Assembly (NCBI GenBank): GCA_963748215.1
Contig: CAVVHS010000009.1
Span: 320,001 to 384,000, forward strand
DNA length: 64,000 nt
DNA from: an uncultured Gammaproteobacteria bacterium
Lineage (GTDB): Bacteria; Pseudomonadota; Gammaproteobacteria; UBA9214
Reading direction: 5' to 3'
Part shown: positions 38,721 to 49,720 of the stretch, one piece after another
How the letters are laid out: the number at the start of each line of letters is the position of its first letter
Position numbering within the stretch: position 1 is the stretch's first letter
The notes under the pieces: generated by a model
The model's input: the letters and a program-made list of their open reading frames with translations, nothing else
What the model was told of the DNA's origin: nothing
Database searches by the model: none
Translations under genes and position numbers: made by a program

Positions 38721-40444
38721 TCGAGGTAACAACCTCTCTGGCCTTGTTGCTGGCTGTGACCTGGCCGCTGCTGTTGGCTGTGGGGTTGGCTTTCGGCGCC
38801 ACGCGCTCTGTGGCCTTAAGACTCGTGCCCTGGGCGGCGTTGCCGGCGCTGGCGACGGTGGCAACGCTCGCCGATACCGGGCTGCGGCTCCCCGGTGCCA
38901 TGCTGGGCAGTGCGCTGGTACTCGATGGAATGGGGCGGGTGTTCCTGCTGTTGAGCGCCTTCCTCTGGCTGGCAACCGGATTGCTCGCGCGTCCCCAACT
39001 GCATAACGCCGGGGCTAACCGCTTCGCTGTTCTGCTGCTGCTTGCCATGACGGGCGCATTTGGTCTGGCGCTGGCGGCCGACGCCCTGTTGTTTTTCACC
39101 GCAGCCACCCTGGCAGGCTATGCCCTGTACGGCCTGCTGGTCCACGAGGCGAATGTCTCAGCGCAGAAGGCGGGCAGGGTGCTGGTGGTGCTGCTCGTGG
39201 TGAGCGATCTTCTGGTGTTTGAACTGCTGTTGATGCTGGGCCAGGCGGCGGGGAGTGTTGATTTCCCGTCCCTGCGCCAGGCTTTCGTGGACTCTGGCAA
39301 CCAGGGGCTGATGCTCGGGCTGTTGATTGTCGGCTTTGGGATCAAAACAGGTGTCGTTGGGGTGCATTTCTGGCTGGCGCCGGTTTTCGTGACCTCGGTA
39401 ACGGCGGTACGCCCGGCGCTGATCAGCTTCATATTCAGTGCCGGGCTGCTGGGCTGGTTGCGTTTGCTGCCGCTTGGTGACATACACGATATACACTGGA
39501 CCGTTGCGGGAGCCGTGCTGCAGTGGCTGGCGTGGGTTACGCTGGGGTACGCCGTCTTCGTGGGTCTGTTGCAGGCCCATTTTCGCTCGGTACTGGCTTA
39601 TGCCGCCATTGCCCTGTCCGGGTTTTGGGTAGCGACGCTGGGGTCGGCCTTGCTGTACCCGCAGGCCTGGAACGGGATGGCCGAGTCGACACATGCTGCC
39701 GTTCTCCAGTCGGGATTCGCCCTTGCCGCTTTGCTGCTGCTCGATTGGCGTACAGGCGGTTGTGCCCCGGTATGGCTGTGTCGTATGTCAACTGGCGTGA
39801 TGTGGTTGGCCACTCTGTTATTGGCGGCCGCACCCGTGGGCATCACTGGGTTCCTGTCGAAGGTCGATGGCATGGCGGCGGTGCAGATGTCCTGTGCGAC
39901 GGCTGCTATCGCCTTCCTTGTCATTCGCGGCCTGCTGCTGATTGGTCCCCCCGGCCAGGGTGCTCGCGACATGAGTACTTCCCTGTACGTCATGCAGCAA
40001 CCCGCGCAAGCGCCCACGACAACGTCCCTGCTGGTGGCCGGGGGGCTGGCGGCAGCGGCCTTGCTGGCTGCGGCATACAACCTGGCCGGGCTATCACTTT
40101 CCGAACTGTTGCGTCCCGCCATGGTGGTGTCAGCTGCCGCGCTGGTAGCGTGGCTGAGCGCTGAAAGGCGCGTGCCGCGCCTGACGACTCTTCCTCCAGG
40201 TGATCTGTTGGTGCCCATCAGCCGCGGTTTGTCTCAAGCCCTCACCTTTGTCCGCCGCTTGGCCGACGAGCAATTGCCACGTTGGTGCGATGCGTGGTTG
40301 GTCTCGTTGGGACGGCCCTGGTCCAATGTGGATTGGAGGGGGATGGTCGAACGGATCGACTTCGGGCTTACTCGCTGGCGGACCGTGTTGGTGGTTCTCT
40401 TGCTGCTGGGTCTGATGGTGGCCTGGTGCGGTAGAAACGGATAA
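38717..40444 (+). CDS. Divergent MrpD/NuoL-like subunit 3
   Basis: Starts MIEVTT (ATGA overlap); GFGIKTGVVGVHFWL and SVLAYAA retained; C-terminal LPPGDL. Confidence 0.7.
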   Translation: MIEVTTSLALLLAVTWPLLLAVGLAFGATRSVALRLVPWAALPALATVATLADTGLRLPGAMLGSALVLDGMGRVFLLLSAFLWLATGLLARPQLHNAGANRFAVLLLLAMTGAFGLALAADALLFFTAATLAGYALYGLLVHEANVSAQKAGRVLVVLLVVSDLLVFELLLMLGQAAGSVDFPSLRQAFVDSGNQGLMLGLLIVGFGIKTGVVGVHFWLAPVFVTSVTAVRPALISFIFSAGLLGWLRLLPLGDIHDIHWTVAGAVLQWLAWVTLGYAVFVGLLQAHFRSVLAYAAIALSGFWVATLGSALLYPQAWNGMAESTHAAVLQSGFALAALLLLDWRTGGCAPVWLCRMSTGVMWLATLLLAAAPVGITGFLSKVDGMAAVQMSCATAAIAFLVIRGLLLIGPPGQGARDMSTSLYVMQQPAQAPTTTSLLVAGGLAAAALLAAAYNLAGLSLSELLRPAMVVSAAALVAWLSAERRVPRLTTLPPGDLLVPISRGLSQALTFVRRLADEQLPRWCDAWLVSLGRPWSNVDWRGMVERIDFGLTRWRTVLVVLLLLGLMVAWCGRNG

Positions 40445-40569
40445 ATCTCACGGTCGTGTCAGACGTTCAAGCCATAGTGCGAACCGCGCTCTCTATGCGG
40501 GCAGACTGCGTCCCGGGTGTTTATGGCGTATTCATAAGTATGCCGCCGATTGGAAAGGCAGAAATCCCT

Positions 40570-40815
40570 GCGGGGATTTTGCGGGACTCGGTTGTGCATT
40601 GTTATGCATCGTGGTGCACAGTGTGCAACGGGCGCCACGGTAAGTTATTGAAGTGAAAGGCTGAAAAATCGCCTTTCTGTCCATTTAATCCGATGGTCGT
40701 TGGTTCGAGCCGAGGACGACGCAGTCGGCCGAAACAACTGCGTCGCATCAGCGACGCTGACCCCGAAGGGGCGAGAGCGCAGCCCGAGTAATCCTTCACG
40801 ACCCACCCTTTAATC
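40570..40815 (+). repeat. att-like repeat copy 3 (no right arm; variant tRNA 3' end)
   Basis: Left arm, TGCA repeats, IHF-like box, GGTTCGA 40702-40708, insert 40709-40790, then ATCCTTCACGACCCACC 40791-40807. Confidence 0.88.
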
Positions 40816-40994
40816 AAGTTAGTAACAGCTAGATTTCAGCGCTCTTTTCATGTAGACGTTATATAGCCGAGTTACCCACCGACAGGCGTGACTGGCGGAA
40901 CAGAACCAGAACTCGAACATCGAGATACCACTCCATGCGAATGATTCACAGACAGGGAGTCATATAACCCGAAACGTTCATGAGGTAGTGTAAC

Positions 40995-42137
40995 GTGGAG
41001 CAAAATGTTGGAGGTACTGGAATGACCAGGTGCTGGATAACAGTAGTCGGATTGGCGCTGCTCACCTGCGGTGTCGCCGCCGCGCAGGATGCTGCAGTGC
41101 TTGAGAGTGACAAGGCACGGCTAAGTTACACCCTCGGCATGAATTTCGGGAACCGGCTCCAGGACCAGTCGATGGCGGTGGACTCAGAATTCAGCATTCA
41201 GGAATTCAGGGATGCCCCGACCGGCGGCAAGACGCTGCTGACCGAAGCGGATGTACAAAGCATCCACGCCGGACAGCCAGCCAAGCTGAAGCAGCAGCAG
41301 AATGCCTTGCAGGACGACAAACGGTTACTGAATAAACAGACAGGGGAAGCGTTTCTTGTCGCAAACAAGGACACGGAGGGCGTCATAACCCTCAAGAGCG
41401 GTCTGCAATACAAGATCCTCGAGGCTGGTCATGGCGACAAGCCCACCCGCGATGACACGGTCGTAGTCCACTACCGTGGGGCCCTGGTCGACGGGTCCGA
41501 GTTCGATAGTAGCTACCAGCGTGGCCAGCCGGCGACCTTCGCCGTCAATCAGGTCATCCGGGGCTGGGGTGAAGCCCTGCAACTGATGCCGGTAGGATCG
41601 AAGTGGCAGCTCTTCATTCCTCCGCACCTTGCCTACGGCACGCGCGGCACGGGCCACCAGATCGGTCCCAACGCGACACTGATTTTCGAGGTGGAACTGC
41701 TTGCCATTAAAGGTCCGCCTGGCGGAGCTGCCCGGGTCCCTGCAAGCATCGATACGGCTGCCGTGACCGATAATCTCACGGATATCCAGGCATCGTTCAA
41801 GCTGGACCCGCGACTCACCCGGAGTTTGTACATGGGCGAGCGCTGGGTTACGCCGCCCACCTTTGCCAGTACTCACCATGCGGGGGATGAGTACACGCTG
41901 GAGTTGCGGGTACATGGTATCGATGACCGGGGTCGGCGCATTCCAGTCGATCCCGAGTGGATACCCTCCGACCCTGATATGGTGGTCTTGTCCTCCGTAC
42001 GGGGTGATAAGATCAAAATAACCGTGAAGCATGCCGGGGTGAGCACGCTGAACGTGTCGGCGCTCGGATTTACCAAGAAATTGCTCATCAAGGCGACAAA
42101 TGTTGGTAATGCCATTCAGGTAGAAATATCCCAGTAA
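40995..42137 (+). CDS. Exported FKBP-type PPIase (FklB/Mip-like) with extra C-terminal beta domain
   Basis: LSYTLG, SGLQYKIL, V.VHYRG.LVDGSEFDSSY, VIRGWGEAL, IPPHLAYG, LIFEVELL, plus ~140 extra aa; start probably 41022. Confidence 0.88.
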   Translation: MEQNVGGTGMTRCWITVVGLALLTCGVAAAQDAAVLESDKARLSYTLGMNFGNRLQDQSMAVDSEFSIQEFRDAPTGGKTLLTEADVQSIHAGQPAKLKQQQNALQDDKRLLNKQTGEAFLVANKDTEGVITLKSGLQYKILEAGHGDKPTRDDTVVVHYRGALVDGSEFDSSYQRGQPATFAVNQVIRGWGEALQLMPVGSKWQLFIPPHLAYGTRGTGHQIGPNATLIFEVELLAIKGPPGGAARVPASIDTAAVTDNLTDIQASFKLDPRLTRSLYMGERWVTPPTFASTHHAGDEYTLELRVHGIDDRGRRIPVDPEWIPSDPDMVVLSSVRGDKIKITVKHAGVSTLNVSALGFTKKLLIKATNVGNAIQVEISQ

Positions 42138-42257
42138 CAGGATTGGTCAGCAGTGCAGGTTGCACCGTGTGTATTGCGAATTGCTGTTCAGGCGGCTTCG
42201 GCAGCTGGTAAAGACAGTGGCCATGAGATTTCCGACTGGTGGAAGCCGGAAATCCTT

Positions 42258-42594
42258 GCGGGACTTTTTGCGGGACTCGGTTATGCATCGTCCTGTCTCG
42301 TGGTGCAGAGTGTGCAACGGGCGCCACGGTAAGTTATTGAAGTGAAAGGCTGAAAAATCACCTTTCTGTCCTTTTAATCCGATAGTCGTTGGTTCGAGCC
42401 GAGGACGACGCAGTCGGCCGAGACAACAGCGTCGTATAGGCGACGCTGACCCCGAAGGGGCGAGGGCGTAGCCCGAGTAATCCAACACGACCCACCATTA
42501 AAGGGGATTCTGCGGGGATTAACCGCAAATTTTCCTCGTTGGTTAAATTCTGCCTGTAGAGAATTCTTGGTTGCGCACCAGTAACAGACTCGAA
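42258..42594 (+). repeat. att-like repeat copy 4 (about 50 bp deleted right of the core)
   Basis: GGTTCGA 42391-42397, insert 42398-42479, ATCCAACACGACCCACCA 42480-42497; the right arm follows almost immediately. Confidence 0.9.
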
Positions 42595-42692
42595 TCATGT
42601 CCTTCCCGAAAATACGTACTGCCTGATATTCTTGACCTTTTTCAGAGACGCTATCAATCTGGTGTCCGCTGTCATTGTTAGTATCCAGAATC

Positions 42693-43720
42693 ATGAAGCC
42701 CATTGTCTGCGCGCTGTTACTGCTGGTGTCTACTGTGGTCCGTTCGCGGGTTTCCCTGCAGCTCGAGATTGTGGCACTGCGACATCAACTTGCCGTGTAT
42801 CAGAGATCAACCAAACACCTGCAGATTAGCTCCGAAGACCGTATTCTCTGGTCGTGGTTCGCGCGCCGCTGGTCGGGGTGGTGTGATGCGCTGGTTTTTG
42901 TCCAGACAGGGACTGTGATTGCCTGGCAGCGTAAACGTTATCGCGATCGTTGGGCCAAATTGAGCAAGCATGGCAGGCCCGTTAGACCGCCGGTATCAGA
43001 ACAAATCAAGGCGTTGATCCGCAAGATGTCGGCAGCCAATATCAGCCGGGGTTCACCACGGATTGTCGGGGAGCTACACAAGCTCGGCATCGATGTTGCT
43101 AAATCAAGCGTGGAGAAGTACCGGGTGCGGCCCAGTAAGCCATCCTCTCCGACGTGGAAGGCTTTTCTGAATATTCATCTCAGGGACCTGGTGTCCATTG
43201 ATTTCTTCGTGGTGCCAACCGTGAGAAACATCGCGCTGTTAGTTTTGGTGGTACTCGCACATCATCGTCGCAGGGTTGTGCACCTCAATGTCACGGAGCA
43301 TCCGACCGCCCTGTGGACAGGTCAGCAGATCATTGAAGCATCCCCTGGGATACGGCACCGAAATATCTACTGCGGGACCGAGATGCTGTCTATGGAAGCC
43401 AATTCCAGAAACGCGTCCAAAGCATGGGTATCGAAGAGGTGCTCTCGGCGCCGCGAAGCCCCTGGCAGTATGCATTTGTGGAACGCGTCATTGGCAGCAT
43501 CCGGCGAGGTCGTCTGGATCATGTCGTTGTGTTGAACGATTGTCATTTGAAACGAATGCTGACGTGTTATTTCAACTATTACCATCACTGGCGCACGCAT
43601 CTTTCGCTGGGAATGGACAGTCGCGGGTCGCGATCTGTGCAGTCACCAGACCTTGGAAAGGTAGTACAATTTCCAGAAGTCGGTGGTCTACATCACCATT
43701 ATGAACGGTTGGCGGCATGA
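42693..43720 (+). pseudogene. IS transposase relic (rve integrase-core, DDE), frameshifted near 43340
   Basis: LEIVALRHQL, GSPRIVGELHKLG, SIDFFVVPT, HPTA.W..QQI; later frames give PKYLLRDRD and ERVIGSIRR...GGLHHHYERLAA. Confidence 0.85.
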
Positions 43721-44248
43721 TAGGGTGTGATACGAGTTTTCAGGAAGGACATCTTTCCTGACCTGGGGCGGGGGCAAAGCGGACCGCGAAAAAGAAGCCG
43801 GCCCCGAAAACCCTCATATCCGTGCGACGGACAGGCCGAAAAAGCACAAAAATGGGGGGTTCCCACCGGTAACGGCGAAATCCGGGCCAATTTTGTGGCG
43901 GCCCTGGGGCTGGGTTGGCCTTCAACTGCATCCAGGGAAGGGTTAGGCGTGACTGGGCCTGATATGCGCTGCGTGTTTATGAGGACATTAAAAGATTTTG
44001 CTGTGAGAATTCACACTTTTCCGGAAGCTCGGCTACCATAGGGTAGCAGCGCAATGGGGTATTCGAAACACACGATTGCACGTAGGCTTTAACCCTGTGG
44101 CATGGTTGCTGTCATACACCTGAGTAGAACTTTTTGTCCGTTGATCGATCTACTTAATTCGAACGTCCGGGTCAGTGGCTGATGCTTGAGGCGGGCACTC
44201 CGTCTCGGTGTGGTTCGTATAAACAGCTAACACAATGAGGATAATTTA

Positions 44249-45101
44249 ATGTTCACCAGCAATCCCTTTTCCGAGCTTTCGGCATCTATATCACCCATAG
44301 TCATGCAGGGGTACGTCATCTTGATGGTCCTGCTGGTCATAGGCGGAACTGTACTTGATATGATTCACAAGAAAAGTGCGCAGTACTTTTTCGAGAATGC
44401 GAAAAAAGCGAAAAAGAGCGCGAAACGGTCTGTGGGCACTGGTGAAAAGGCATCAATTGCCGTTCAAGGTGCTGGCTAATGAAGTGTTAACTTCCGGTGA
44501 ATTCTGCAACATAAAACGCAGGCTTTCCCATCTTTTGACCATGTATGGCTTCATTATTTTCGTCGCAACGACCGCCATTATGATTTTTGCCTATCCGACG
44601 CCGGCGACGCCTACGCCAGCCATCCTGCCGCAACTGTGGCATATCGGCGCACTGATGCTGGCTATTGGTGGATACTGGTTCTGGTTCTTTATCCGCGTTG
44701 ATGTGTCTGCGGAAGGCCTTTCGTGGTATCGCTTCGAACGTACGGATTTGTTTATTGTCTCGCTGCTCACTACTGCGACATTCGGATTAATCTGGTCCTA
44801 TACGCAGTCGCAGGGCATTGCCGGATGGTCAACCCTGGTCTTCGTTTTGTTCATCGTCTCAAGCACGATGCTTTTTGGCAGCGTATTCTGGTCCAAGTTC
44901 GCACATATGTTCTTCAAGCCTGCCGCTGCTTTTCAGAAACGTGTTACCCGTGCCGATGGTTCAAGAGAGAATTTACCTGCTGATTACGATCTGACGGATC
45001 CTGCAGTACAGGCAAAATTTCCGGATATCCCGGAATATATGGGCAAGAACCCAGCTTACATGGGGCATGGTATCAAGCGTGAGTCAGCAAACCACTACTA
45101 A
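44249..45101 (+). CDS. aprM: APS reductase membrane anchor AprM; +1 frameshift near 44464
   Basis: MFTSNPF...LDMIHKKSAQYFF, then EVLTSGEFCN.KRRLSHLLTMYG...WSKFAHMFFKP; directly upstream of aprB. Confidence 0.88.
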
Positions 45102-45142
45102 CATTCATTCAATTACCGTTACAGGAATAGAGAGAATATATT

Positions 45143-45625
45143 ATGCCAACTTTCGTATATATGACTCGTTGTGATGGTTGTGGCCAGTGCGTTGATATCT
45201 GTCCATCTGACATCATGCACATCGATAAAACACTTCGTCGTGCTTACAACATTGAACCTAACATGTGCTGGGAATGTTATTCCTGCGTAAAAGCCTGCCC
45301 TCACCACGCGATTGATGTGCGTGGTTATGCAGATTTCGCTCCACTGGGTCACTCGGTACGCGTGCTCCGTGATGAGGAAAAAGGCACGATTGCGTGGCGC
45401 ATCAAGTTCCGCAACGGCAAAAAAGACATGGATCTTCTGGCGCCTATCACAACCAAACCCTGGGGCACCGCAATTCCCCAGCTGTCCGAAGAAGCAGCAC
45501 CAAGTAACGAAATGCGTGACAGTGAGCTGTTGTTTAACGAGCCCAAGTATATCCGCCTGGATGAAGGTGGCTTGCACACACTTGAGTCAAATGGCCTGAA
45601 ACTGAAAGAAGGGGTGTACTACTAA
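45143..45625 (+). CDS. aprB: Adenylylsulfate reductase beta subunit
   Basis: MPTFVYMTRCDGCGQCVDICPSDIM...CWECYSCVKACP..AIDVRGYADF. Confidence 0.97.
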   Translation: MPTFVYMTRCDGCGQCVDICPSDIMHIDKTLRRAYNIEPNMCWECYSCVKACPHHAIDVRGYADFAPLGHSVRVLRDEEKGTIAWRIKFRNGKKDMDLLAPITTKPWGTAIPQLSEEAAPSNEMRDSELLFNEPKYIRLDEGGLHTLESNGLKLKEGVYY

Positions 45626-47491
45626 TGGGCTACAAAACTATTATTGAAGACGATATCGACATCCTGGTAGCAGGTGCCGGCCTCGGTGGTACCGGTGCTG
45701 CATTTGAAGCAAGATATTGGGGCAAGGACAAAAAAATTGTCATTGCAGAAAAAGCAAACATCGATCGTTCTGGTGCAGTAGCCCAGGGTCTTTATGCGAT
45801 CAACTGCTACATGGGTACACGCTTCGGCGAAAACAATCCAGAAGATCACGTCCGTTATGCGCGTATGGATCTGATGGGTATGGTTCGTGAGGATCTGGCC
45901 TTTGATATGGCGCGTCACGTTGACTCCACTGTTCACCAGTTTGAAGAGTGGGGCCTGCCGTTGATGAAAGACCCCAAGACGGGTCACTATATGCGTGAAG
46001 GGCGTTGGCAGATCATGATTCACGGTGAATCATACAAGCCGATCGTTGCAGAAGCCGCGAAAAAATCAGCAGACAAGGTATTCAACCGTATCTGCGTAAC
46101 CCATCTGCTGATGGATGATGCCAAAGAGAACCGCGTCGCGGGTGCTGTTGGATTCAATGTGCGTACGGGTAACTACCACGTATTCAAGTCCAAGACCGTT
46201 ATCTGTGGTGCCGGTGGTGCTTCTAACATCTTCAAGCCACGTTCAGTCGGTGAAGGTGCGGGTCGTGTCTGGTATGCCCCATGGTCATCCGGTTCTGCAT
46301 ATGGTCTGATGATCGAAGCAGGCGCGAAAATGACACAGATGGAAAACCGTATCGTACTGGCTCGATTCAAGGATGGTTACGGCCCGGTGGGCGCCTACTT
46401 CCTGCACCTCAAGACTTATACACAGAATGGTCTGGGTGAAGAGTATGAATCCAAGTGGTTCCCGGCGCTGACCGAAATGGTCGGTAAGGAATATCTGGAT
46501 ACGGAAGGCCAGCATTTGTCCCACAAGCCAATACCGACCTGTTTGCGTAACCATGCATTTATCTCTGAGGTGAATGCCGGTCGTGGTCCTATCCACATGG
46601 TGACCATGGAAGCCTTCCAGGATCCTCATCTTGAAGAGATCGGCTGGCACAACTTCCTGGGCATGACCGTTGGTCAGGCGGTACTTTGGGCGGCAACAGA
46701 CGTTGATCCTAAATACGAAAACCCTGAACTAACCACTTCTGAGCCATATGTTATGGGTTCACATGCAACGGGTTGTGGTGCATGGTGCTCAGGTCCGGAA
46801 GATGTTTCTCCACCGGAGTACTACTGGGGCTATAACCGTATGACCACAGTTGAAGGTCTGTTTGGCGCGGGTGATGCGGTCGGTGGTACACCGCACGCAT
46901 TCTCATCGGGTTCTTTCACTGAAGGTCGTCTGGCTGCTAAAGCTGCCTGTAAGTACATTGATGATGGCAAGGCCGAAGGCATTCGAGTTTCTGAGAAGCA
47001 GATTTCTGATCTTAAAGAGAAGATTTACAAGCCATTGGAAACCTATCAAAGTTTATAGCAATGAAATCGTTGGCGGTTCAGTTAATCCAAACTTCATCAA
47101 CCCAAGACAGGGTCTGGATCGTTTGCAGAAACTGATGGATGAGTATTGTGGTGGTTTTGGTGTCAACTACATGACCAACGAAAAACTGCTCCAAATCGGT
47201 CTCAAGAAGCTTAAAACGCTTGAGGAAGACATGGAGAAGATTGCGGCGGAAGATATCCACGAGCTGTTGCGTGCATGGGAATTAAATCACCGTGTTCGCA
47301 CTTCTGAAAGCGTGTTCCAGCATACCTTGTTCCGTAAGGAAACGCGTTGGCCTGGTTACTACTACCGTGGTGATGCGATGAAACTGGATGATAAAAACTG
47401 GCACGTGCTGACAGTTTCTCATCGTGATCGTAAGACGGGTGAGTACACTATGGAGAAAGCACCCCTTTACCACCTGGTGGGTGATGAATAG
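45625..47491 (+). CDS. aprA: Adenylylsulfate reductase alpha subunit; +1 frameshift near 47047
   Basis: EKANIDRSGAVAQGLYAINCY, WQIMIHGESYKP, HAFSSGSFTEGR; continues RLQKLMDEY...FRKETRWPGYYYR. Confidence 0.96.
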
Positions 47492-47540
47492 GGTAATAGC
47501 CGAGTAAATATCAAGATTAATTTCTACTTGTCTTTGAAAT

Positions 47541-47574
47541 AAAGACCAGCATATTGTTTGTTGGTCTTTTTTTT
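47541..47574 (+). terminator. Rho-independent terminator after aprA
   Basis: AAAGACCAGCA-loop-TGTTGGTCTTT followed by a T run. Confidence 0.75.
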
Positions 47575-47637
47575 CCATAGTTTAGTAGTATGCGGCCTTT
47601 GTTCGATCGATAGTCCTGCGAAACTTATATGTTTTAA

Positions 47638-48003
47638 GTGAACAATAGAATGATGAATATTATTGAAAAAACAGATGAAGAGATATTGGCGCTCGCTAAC
47701 CCAATGTGGGCTGATCTTGTTAAATACTCGAATGAACAAAACTACGGTGCTTTCACCCGACATTTCGCAGCAGCTATGCTGATGGGTGCAAATGAAATCG
47801 AGATGGGCAAACAGTTTGCAAGAAGTGAATTGACAAAGAACCTGTCTGAAAATTACGAATATCTTGGCATAATACGCCGTGGTGAACATGTAACGGTTTT
47901 ATATAAACAAAGACATACCAAGAAAGAGGGCGAGTGGCTGGGCAGGCTGGTGCTGGGTTATGAAAAGGACAAGGTAAAAATATTTGGTGCTACGCTGTTC
48001 TAG
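47638..48003 (+). CDS. Hypothetical protein (possibly NTF2/DUF3887-like)
   Basis: 121-aa AT-rich ORF co-oriented with apr; no firm motif. Confidence 0.6.
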   Translation: MNNRMMNIIEKTDEEILALANPMWADLVKYSNEQNYGAFTRHFAAAMLMGANEIEMGKQFARSELTKNLSENYEYLGIIRRGEHVTVLYKQRHTKKEGEWLGRLVLGYEKDKVKIFGATLF

Positions 48004-48035
48004 GGCAGCTTTATCGATAACAGGTTTTTCTGGTT

Positions 48036-48545
48036 ATGTCAGATACAATACAAAACGAAAAATTCGTTGAACTAAGTTATAAAATCATCGATGAAAAAAC
48101 CGGTGACATACTTGTTACTGTTGATTATCCTCTGGGGTATGTTCATGGTGTGAATGATGTTTTGTCTGATCAGGTGACAAAGCAACTGGATGGCAAAAAA
48201 GTCGGTGATATCATCGAAGTGCCTGTTGACACTAAACTGCTATATGGTGAGAGAGACGAATCACTTGTGTTTACTGACCACATCGAAAATGTTCCTGAAG
48301 AGTATCGAGAGATCGGTATGACCATTACCATGGAAAATGAAAAGGGTGAGCCCAGAAATTTTATCGTCACCCGTTTCGATGACAAAACATTAACCGTCGA
48401 TGGAAATAATCCACTGTGTGGTAGAGACGTTGTTTTCAGGTTGGAAGTGTTGAACATACGTGAAGCGACCGATGAAGAAATCGATCTTGGCGGAGCTGTT
48501 GACGCCGACCCAGACTTAAATGATATTTTCAGCCGGGCAAAATGA
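48036..48545 (+). CDS. SlyD-like FKBP-type PPIase
   Basis: FVELSYKI, PLGYVHG, LYGERDE, VDGNNPLCGRDVVFRLEVLNIREATDEEI. Confidence 0.85.
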   Translation: MSDTIQNEKFVELSYKIIDEKTGDILVTVDYPLGYVHGVNDVLSDQVTKQLDGKKVGDIIEVPVDTKLLYGERDESLVFTDHIENVPEEYREIGMTITMENEKGEPRNFIVTRFDDKTLTVDGNNPLCGRDVVFRLEVLNIREATDEEIDLGGAVDADPDLNDIFSRAK

Positions 48546-49720
48546 AATTCTCCAATACTTACATATTTTACCCGGTCAATAAGGCCTTGGAACGTGCAAT
48601 AGCAAATTCTATAGCCGGGCTTGGTGAGGAATCGGCCAAAGTTGCTGCTCCGGATACCAGGGTAACCGCAGCTGATAATTTTCTTTATACACGGGGAAAT
48701 TATGAACAGCATCGTTTCAGTTCCAATATTCTTGACAGTGCGCGTGAGGCACTTGAAGCATCACTGACAGATGAATATCGCGACAAGGAGCCATTAGCCT
48801 GGGCTGAGACTCATAATAGTCTTGGCAATATTCTTGCGGCACAGGGGCAACAGCAGAGAGATGTTGAATTGTATGAAAAGGCCATTCAGTGTTTTAACAA
48901 TGCGCTAGCAGAGTTTAACCAGGAAAAGTCACCCCTCGACTGGGCAGCAACACAAAATAACCTGGGAACCGCAAAGCAAGCTTTGGGCCGGCAACTGGAT
49001 AACTCGAAATTGCTGAAAGAATCCATTGATGCTTATACTAATGCGTTATTGGAATGGTCTCGAAAAAAGACGCCTGAAGAATGGGCATCAGCCATGCATC
49101 AACTTGGTGCTACTTTCCATACTTATGGCAAACTTTTAAAAGGTAACCGTACTTTTCAAAAGTCCGTTGTCGCCTATAAAAATGCAATCGCAGAGTTCGA
49201 TGCTGATAATAATGCTTTCGAGTTGGCCGCTACACACAATAATTGTGGTGCAGTACTGCATAATTTGGCTGAATCAGAAGAAAACCCGGATCGCCTGGAA
49301 GAGGCAATAAGATCATATGAGACGGCATTGACAGTTTGCATGGAGCAGCAACTTCCCATTCATCTCGCAGTACTATGCAAGGTAAACAGGTCTACCGCTC
49401 GAGGCGTGCTGGCTGAGTTAACAAAAGACACTACAATTGCCGACGAAGCGGCTGATGAGTTTGAATTGATTATCGAATGTTTTCCGCATGCGCTTCAACC
49501 ACTCTGTTTAAAGCATTGCGAGGAGCAAATTAATAGGGCAAAGTGCGCTAGCATGCGATTAGCTCTAGCAGATGAATCAGGAAACAAGAAGGCGCTTGAT
49601 TTTGTTATTTACGTCAGTCAAGTGGGAGGGCTGACATACCTGTTTATATTCCACTCGTTTCAACCATTTAGGAGTTATGACTATGAGCGATGCACCAAAA
49701 ACCAGGCCCAAAGTTCCTGA
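48542..49720 (+). CDS. Tetratricopeptide-repeat protein
   Basis: Repeats of P..WA.T.N.LG..L (WAETHNSLG, WAATQNNLG, WASAMHQLG, LAATHNNCG); the last ~55 aa may be read-through. Confidence 0.8.
   Translation: MKFSNTYIFYPVNKALERAIANSIAGLGEESAKVAAPDTRVTAADNFLYTRGNYEQHRFSSNILDSAREALEASLTDEYRDKEPLAWAETHNSLGNILAAQGQQQRDVELYEKAIQCFNNALAEFNQEKSPLDWAATQNNLGTAKQALGRQLDNSKLLKESIDAYTNALLEWSRKKTPEEWASAMHQLGATFHTYGKLLKGNRTFQKSVVAYKNAIAEFDADNNAFELAATHNNCGAVLHNLAESEENPDRLEEAIRSYETALTVCMEQQLPIHLAVLCKVNRSTARGVLAELTKDTTIADEAADEFELIIECFPHALQPLCLKHCEEQINRAKCASMRLALADESGNKKALDFVIYVSQVGGLTYLFIFHSFQPFRSYDYERCTKNQAQSS

Noticed and set aside
47040-47060. Programmed frameshifting in aprA, aprM or mrp genes
   Set aside because: No slippery heptamers or stimulatory structures; these families are not known to be recoded.
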